NCBI GenBank assembly: GCA_039091855.1
Contig: JAWCLA010000009.1
Span: forward strand, 1 to 22,391
From: Candidatus Aenigmatarchaeota archaeon
GTDB taxonomy: Archaea; Aenigmatarchaeota; Aenigmatarchaeia; QMZP01
DNA length: 22,391 bases
Direction of reading: 5' to 3'
Each line of letters starts with the position of its first letter. Position 1 is the first letter of the stretch. The notes under the pieces were generated by a model. The model was not told the origin of the DNA and ran no database searches. It saw nothing but the letters and a program-made list of their open reading frames with translations. This document shows, piece after piece, positions 18,259-22,391 of this stretch. Made by a program: the position numbers and the translations under genes.

Positions 18259-18533
18259 AAGCTTCGCCTCGTGACAGTTTCATTGCTGTTTTTTAGCTTC
18301 GTGACTTGACGGAGAAGTCGGCTTCGCCGACTTCCAATTATTTTCGCCTTGTGACTTGCATACAAGTTGACAGTAACGGAGAAGGCAGTTACACTGCCTT
18401 CCAATTCCTTTCGCCTTGTGACAGGTTTTTGGAAAGACGACTTTGTTATACTGGCTAAGGTCGTCAAATTACTATTTGGTTATCCTTGCGACTTGACGGA
18501 GAAGGTGCTTCGCACCTTCCAATTAATTGCCTT
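18259..18533 (-). repeat. REP/BIME-like mosaic array 1 (A-C-A-A-B-stub on minus strand)
   Basis: Hairpins at 18314-18334, 18381-18401, 18501-18519 inside conserved TTGGAAG..CTTCTCCGT frames. Units are joined at GTCAC/GTCGC junctions, mostly followed by RAGG. Confidence 0.85.
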
Positions 18534-18540
18534 GTAAAAA

Positions 18541-19074
18541 TTATCCGTATGTTCCTGTGGCTGTAGGAACGCTTTCCGCTGTCTCAAGATTATAATATTT
18601 CTTTATCTCTTCCCTGAAGTTGAGGACGTTGTTCCTACATCTTTCTATCATCTTCCTCCTTACCCTGTGATAGAAAAGATATGAATAAAGAATCCATATT
18701 GGTTTAAGCCACACTCCCCATCCCTTAAATTCTGTCTCAAGCCTTGCGTTCATCTGAAGGGTGAAGTTCCCTTGGTTGGTTGCCTTTGACTTCTTGCCTA
18801 TGACCTTCATATCCACCCACATAGTGGTGTGTCTGCTTAGAGCTTTCTTCACCCACCAAACAGAATAAAAAGAAATGTTCTCACCGACAACATCCCAGTT
18901 TATCCTTGTGTTGCAAGTGCCTGACGCGCTGACATGGAAAAACGGCCTTATCCTGCCGCTTATGTGTTTTGCAACGCCCCAGGGGTTAGGGCCTGTATAA
19001 TATAGCCATATAAACCTGTCCGGGACAAGACAGTCATCAATTATTTTTATTTTTCCTTCTTTCATAAAAACCAT
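18541..19074 (-). CDS. Uncharacterised protein, paralogue of 19528-20097
   Basis: Shared motifs D.C, GPN, NW, WW..K, G....G, L.TE[FY], FYHR.R....E.CR. Confidence 0.8.
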   Translation of the reverse strand: MVFMKEGKIKIIDDCLVPDRFIWLYYTGPNPWGVAKHISGRIRPFFHVSASGTCNTRINWDVVGENISFYSVWWVKKALSRHTTMWVDMKVIGKKSKATNQGNFTLQMNARLETEFKGWGVWLKPIWILYSYLFYHRVRRKMIERCRNNVLNFREEIKKYYNLETAESVPTATGTYG

Positions 19075-19075
19075 C

Positions 19076-19483
19076 CTATATTAAAGGTCCCTTTTCCCTG
19101 TGCTTTTCCAATAGAGGCTGTCCAAGTTTTTTGGCATTTTCTATGAATTCCCACGAAACCCTGTGGTGGAATGGACATTCCGGGGATAGTTCCCATTCAG
19201 CATCCCTTCGATGGTGTGGAAGGGCCAAAGGATAAATCCTGCAGTTTATTGGCATCACTTCCTCTATCGAGCATTTTCCGTTTTTCAGGAATGGACACGG
19301 GTCTCCTTTTATTATGTAAAACCCGTCCCTTTTCGCAAATATTCTCCTTCTCTGTAAAAATCCCATCTTGGTCTTTCTTATTATGTTATCCTTCTCATAT
19401 GGCAATACCACGGGATAAGCGCAACACCTCATATCGCATTCCTCACAGAAATTCTTTCGGTATGAATCATTATTTGCGTCCAT
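19076..19483 (-). CDS. YkgJ / CxxCxxCC cysteine-cluster protein
   Basis: CEECDMRCC...CPFL..GKCSI....P..CRIYP. Confidence 0.85.
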   Translation of the reverse strand: MDANNDSYRKNFCEECDMRCCAYPVVLPYEKDNIIRKTKMGFLQRRRIFAKRDGFYIIKGDPCPFLKNGKCSIEEVMPINCRIYPLALPHHRRDAEWELSPECPFHHRVSWEFIENAKKLGQPLLEKHREKGPLI

Positions 19484-19527
19484 AGTTACCCTTTTGAAAG
19501 ACTATTGTTTTGGTTAAAGCCATCAAT

Positions 19528-20097
19528 TTACTGGTAGTTTTCTTCTGCCTCTTCAATTTTTGGTATCTCCTTTTCTTGGGGAAGCTCTTTGCCTGATATT
19601 TGCTGGAAAAATTCCTTCATCCTCTTCTCAAAAAGTATTATGGAATGCCTGCACTCTTCTGCATACTCCTCCCTCTTCCTGTGATAAAAGACCCTGTGCC
19701 AGAAAGTCCTGAGCATCTCGTAAAAGAGAGACCTCTGCCAAACCGTATCCTGAGGGTATTCTGTTCTTAGCAGGCCCCTGACCCTTATCCTTGCGCTTCC
19801 AGCCTTTTCGGTTCCCTCGCCTGTCAGGGTGAACTGTATGTAAAAATAACTGAATATGTCCATGTCCTTATGAAGCCACCATGTGATGTCGAACTTCTCC
19901 CCCCTTTCGGACTTTCCCCAGTTATACTCCGTTTCCTGTATGTCAGCATCAGAGCACCTGAAAACCGCCTTTATGGTCTCATACATTTTCTTGTAAAGTT
20001 TTATGACATTTGGTCCCACGAACCTCATCTCAACTGCACCAGGCTCCTCCTCAAAGCAGTTGTCCTCCATTGTCAGCTTTGACCTGGCAAAAACCAT
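19528..20097 (-). CDS. Uncharacterised protein, paralogue of 18541-19074
   Basis: Same motifs as its paralogue; GAGGT RBS before ATG 20097. Confidence 0.8.
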   Translation of the reverse strand: MVFARSKLTMEDNCFEEEPGAVEMRFVGPNVIKLYKKMYETIKAVFRCSDADIQETEYNWGKSERGEKFDITWWLHKDMDIFSYFYIQFTLTGEGTEKAGSARIRVRGLLRTEYPQDTVWQRSLFYEMLRTFWHRVFYHRKREEYAEECRHSIILFEKRMKEFFQQISGKELPQEKEIPKIEEAEENYQ

Positions 20098-20187
20098 AAA
20101 CCTCACTTATATTATATTGTCACTGCTGATAATATATTTATTCCCACAGAACAATCATTAATTGTGTATTTAGACAACTTAACTATT

Positions 20188-20349
20188 ACAGCAAAGTCTA
20201 ATTGGAAGTCGGCGAATCCGACTTCTCCGTTGAGTCGAAAGGGTAAACAACAGCAAAGTGAATTGTTGCAAGGCGAAGTTTAAGTGGAAGTCGGCGAAGC
20301 CGACTTCTCCGTCACTGTCGTTTTGGATACAAGTCACGAGGCGAAGCTT
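20188..20349 (+). repeat. REP/BIME-like mosaic array 2 (A-D-A-stub)
   Basis: Hairpins GAAGTCGGCGAA(T/G)CCGACTTC at 20205-20225 and 20287-20307; ends GTCACGAGGCGAAGCTT-ATG. Confidence 0.85.
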
Positions 20350-20523
20350 ATGTTCGGCTGGATAGGAACAATAGTTGGAATATTGCTGCTGCTTTTTGCA
20401 GCCTTTATGATTTTTTTCTTTCCTGCTGCCGAAGAGCATCAACCAAGAGGAGTTGATGTAAATGGTGTCGTTTTTGGTTTCATTGCAGGACTGTTGGGAA
20501 TCGCGCTGATTTTTCTTCCCTGA
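20350..20523 (+). CDS. Small 2-TM membrane protein (57 aa)
   Basis: Two hydrophobic helices; ATG follows the GAGGCG RBS-like repeat stub. Confidence 0.7.
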   Translation: MFGWIGTIVGILLLLFAAFMIFFFPAAEEHQPRGVDVNGVVFGFIAGLLGIALIFLP

Positions 20524-20562
20524 ATAAAGAAACTAATTAAGGTGTTCTTCCAATATTTAATT

Positions 20563-22158
20563 ATGTCAGAATCCTTTCTTGACAGGTTGCCTGAACCAAA
20601 GGGACTTGTAGTGGACGAGCTTCAGAAATGGGCAATAGACAAGAGCCCCGTAGGATATGCTGTGATGGGCTGGCCAAGGGAGATGTTCATAATACTGGAT
20701 TACACAGGACTTAGGGGAAGCGGCTCAAACGTTTTCTGGACATTCACCCATAGGGTAGGAAAGATGAGATACACAATAAAAAAAGTGGATGAGTGGGTTG
20801 AGATAAACCCAAACTACACAGAGCTTTACAACGCGATGCTTGGCCAGAAGCAGAGAATAGAGGGAACAATAAAGGCGAGCCTAGCATCTGTCGCTCAGGC
20901 AGTTGCTGATTACGAACTTCTTAAACACGACGCCAGAAGGTACAGGGAGATTCTGGACTATTTCAAGAAAGGGGAGAAGGACGAGCACGTGATGAGGTCG
21001 CTTTTCGTTGACAGGGTTGATGCATACACAGGAGAGGGATATTCACTTGTCACAATGGCAAAGAGATGGCCAACCATAATAACCGATTTCATAAGGATGA
21101 GTGAGGACTGGGATGACGTGAATGTGATAAGGAAGGAACTTGATGTCTCGCAGGCAGAGGCAACTGTCCTGAAAACGAAAAACGAGCTTTACAAGGAGTG
21201 GAAGAAGCTTTTTCTACCCACTGTAAAGGAGAGGTACGCGAGAATACAGGCGCTTGTCAAGGCGAGGGAAAGGTCAATAGACGAGTACAAGAACTGGCTC
21301 AGGCCGCACATAGCTAAATACAAGGCAATGAGGGAGGGAACCGAACACGGGGACTGGTCGTACGTGACCAACGCTTTCTCAACGCCCGGCTTCGGGACAA
21401 TGGATTCCTGGTCATACGTAAGGTTCTGGGTATGGAGACCTTTCCAGCCCGTTGAGGCAGGAAAACCAGAGGCAATGGTCGAGGGAGGCAGCAAGAGAGA
21501 GGGTTTCATAATAGACCCTTATGACGATTTCGTCAGGCACTGGAAGGCAAAGATAGAGAGGCATTACGGGATTAAAATAACTGACAAGGATGTGGAAGAC
21601 ATACTTTCAAAAGCGATAAAGCAAAGTGAACAGTCGCACTGCTCAGAAATGGAATCCCAGGCGCTTTACTACCTTCTTTTCGATATGAAGATTCTTCTGA
21701 ACACGCTGAAGAGCCCACCCCCTGAAGGCGTGGAGATGGACAACATAATGTTCATACCGATAAAGATATGGGTGATGTCCCAAAACTGCATGCTGATACA
21801 CCTTCTTGAACTTTATGCAAAGGAAAAATATATGGAAAAATATATGGATGAGCTGATAGGAGCAAGGAGCATAGAGGAAGACATATACAGAAGCGTGGAA
21901 GAGGAGTTTTCAGGAAAAAAGGAGGAAGAAAAGAAAGCGGGTAAAAGTTCCTTTTTGGGTGGTTTGAAGCCGAGATACGTTTCCGATGGTGATGAATTCA
22001 GGCCTAACACCATGATGAGGTTTGTGAGATTTTTCGTCAAGCCAGGTCCATATGAGCCTGTTTTCTTCGAGAGGCTCAGCAAGATGTACTTCAGGGCAAG
22101 CGGGTTTTACTTCAAGCAGATGGTTGACGTGATTAAAGGCGCGATGGGAATTGAGTAA
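20563..22158 (+). CDS. Large uncharacterised, partly coiled-coil cytoplasmic protein
   Basis: 531 aa ORF with typical coding composition; no family recognised. Confidence 0.8.
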   Translation: MSESFLDRLPEPKGLVVDELQKWAIDKSPVGYAVMGWPREMFIILDYTGLRGSGSNVFWTFTHRVGKMRYTIKKVDEWVEINPNYTELYNAMLGQKQRIEGTIKASLASVAQAVADYELLKHDARRYREILDYFKKGEKDEHVMRSLFVDRVDAYTGEGYSLVTMAKRWPTIITDFIRMSEDWDDVNVIRKELDVSQAEATVLKTKNELYKEWKKLFLPTVKERYARIQALVKARERSIDEYKNWLRPHIAKYKAMREGTEHGDWSYVTNAFSTPGFGTMDSWSYVRFWVWRPFQPVEAGKPEAMVEGGSKREGFIIDPYDDFVRHWKAKIERHYGIKITDKDVEDILSKAIKQSEQSHCSEMESQALYYLLFDMKILLNTLKSPPPEGVEMDNIMFIPIKIWVMSQNCMLIHLLELYAKEKYMEKYMDELIGARSIEEDIYRSVEEEFSGKKEEEKKAGKSSFLGGLKPRYVSDGDEFRPNTMMRFVRFFVKPGPYEPVFFERLSKMYFRASGFYFKQMVDVIKGAMGIE

Positions 22159-22173
22159 AATGGTTTAGTCTTT

Positions 22174-22391
22174 CCAAATAGATTGACGAACTCGACCAAC
22201 ATAAAAAATTCGTCTTTCCAATATGTCACGAAGCTAAAAAAACAGCAATGAAAACTGTCACAAGGCGAAAACAACTGGAAGTCGGCGAAGCCGACTTCTC
22301 CGTTGAGTCGAAAGGGTAACCAACAGCAAACTGAATTGTTGCAAGGCGAAGGTTAAGTGGAAGTCGGCGAAGCCGACTTCTCCGTCAAGTC
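22174..22391 (+). repeat. REP/BIME-like mosaic array 3 (C-B-A-D-A, truncated by window end)
   Basis: Hairpins at 22278-22298 and 22360-22380; modules shared with arrays 1 and 2. Confidence 0.85.

Noticed and set aside
20284-20349. N-terminal extension MEVGEADFSV... of the small membrane gene, and similar ORFs 18243-18467 and 20179-20442
   Set aside because: These are translations of the repeat DNA; the RBS-like stub points to ATG 20350
22168-22221. 10-bp direct repeat GTCTTTCCAA as a target-site duplication
   Set aside because: The second copy is an intrinsic part of module C (also present in array 1), so a remnant of another unit is as likely as a TSD
18259-22391. CRISPR array interpretation of the palindromic repeats
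   Set aside because: The intervening sequences recur between arrays rather than being unique spacers, the repeat stems vary, spacing is irregular, and no cas genes are in the window
18259-22391. Integron attC cassette array served by the 13525 recombinase
   Set aside because: No RYYYAAC..GTTRRRY ends, arrays are in opposite orientations, and the recombinase is too short and lacks the IntI-specific insertion. A link cannot be supported from sequence alone.

Overview
Gene-dense archaeal chromosomal window. ABCE1/RLI, MC1 chromatin protein, DUF373, class III signal-peptide proteins, TTTATA boxes and GAGGTG-type RBSs indicate an archaeon; a DPANN lineage such as Aenigmarchaeota is my inference. 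It holds about 26 CDS and no recognisable rRNA, tRNA or CRISPR. Highlights: (1) A modular REP/BIME-like repeat family forms three intergenic mosaics (18259-18533, 20188-20349, 22174-end). Its hairpins covary and carry GNA triloops, the units are joined at GTCAC-like junctions, and two arrays end in the same 20-mer leading into a start codon. One related hairpin sits in-frame inside a decayed DUF429 gene. (2) A wHTH plus short tyrosine recombinase pair has a dif-like palindrome and is bracketed by two inverted, almost pure-AT iterated tracts. (3) A divergent RelA/SpoT-synthetase-like protein carries a putative Zn ribbon. (4) A pilin-like gene apparently starts at CTG. All family assignments come from motif recognition by eye, with no database searches.
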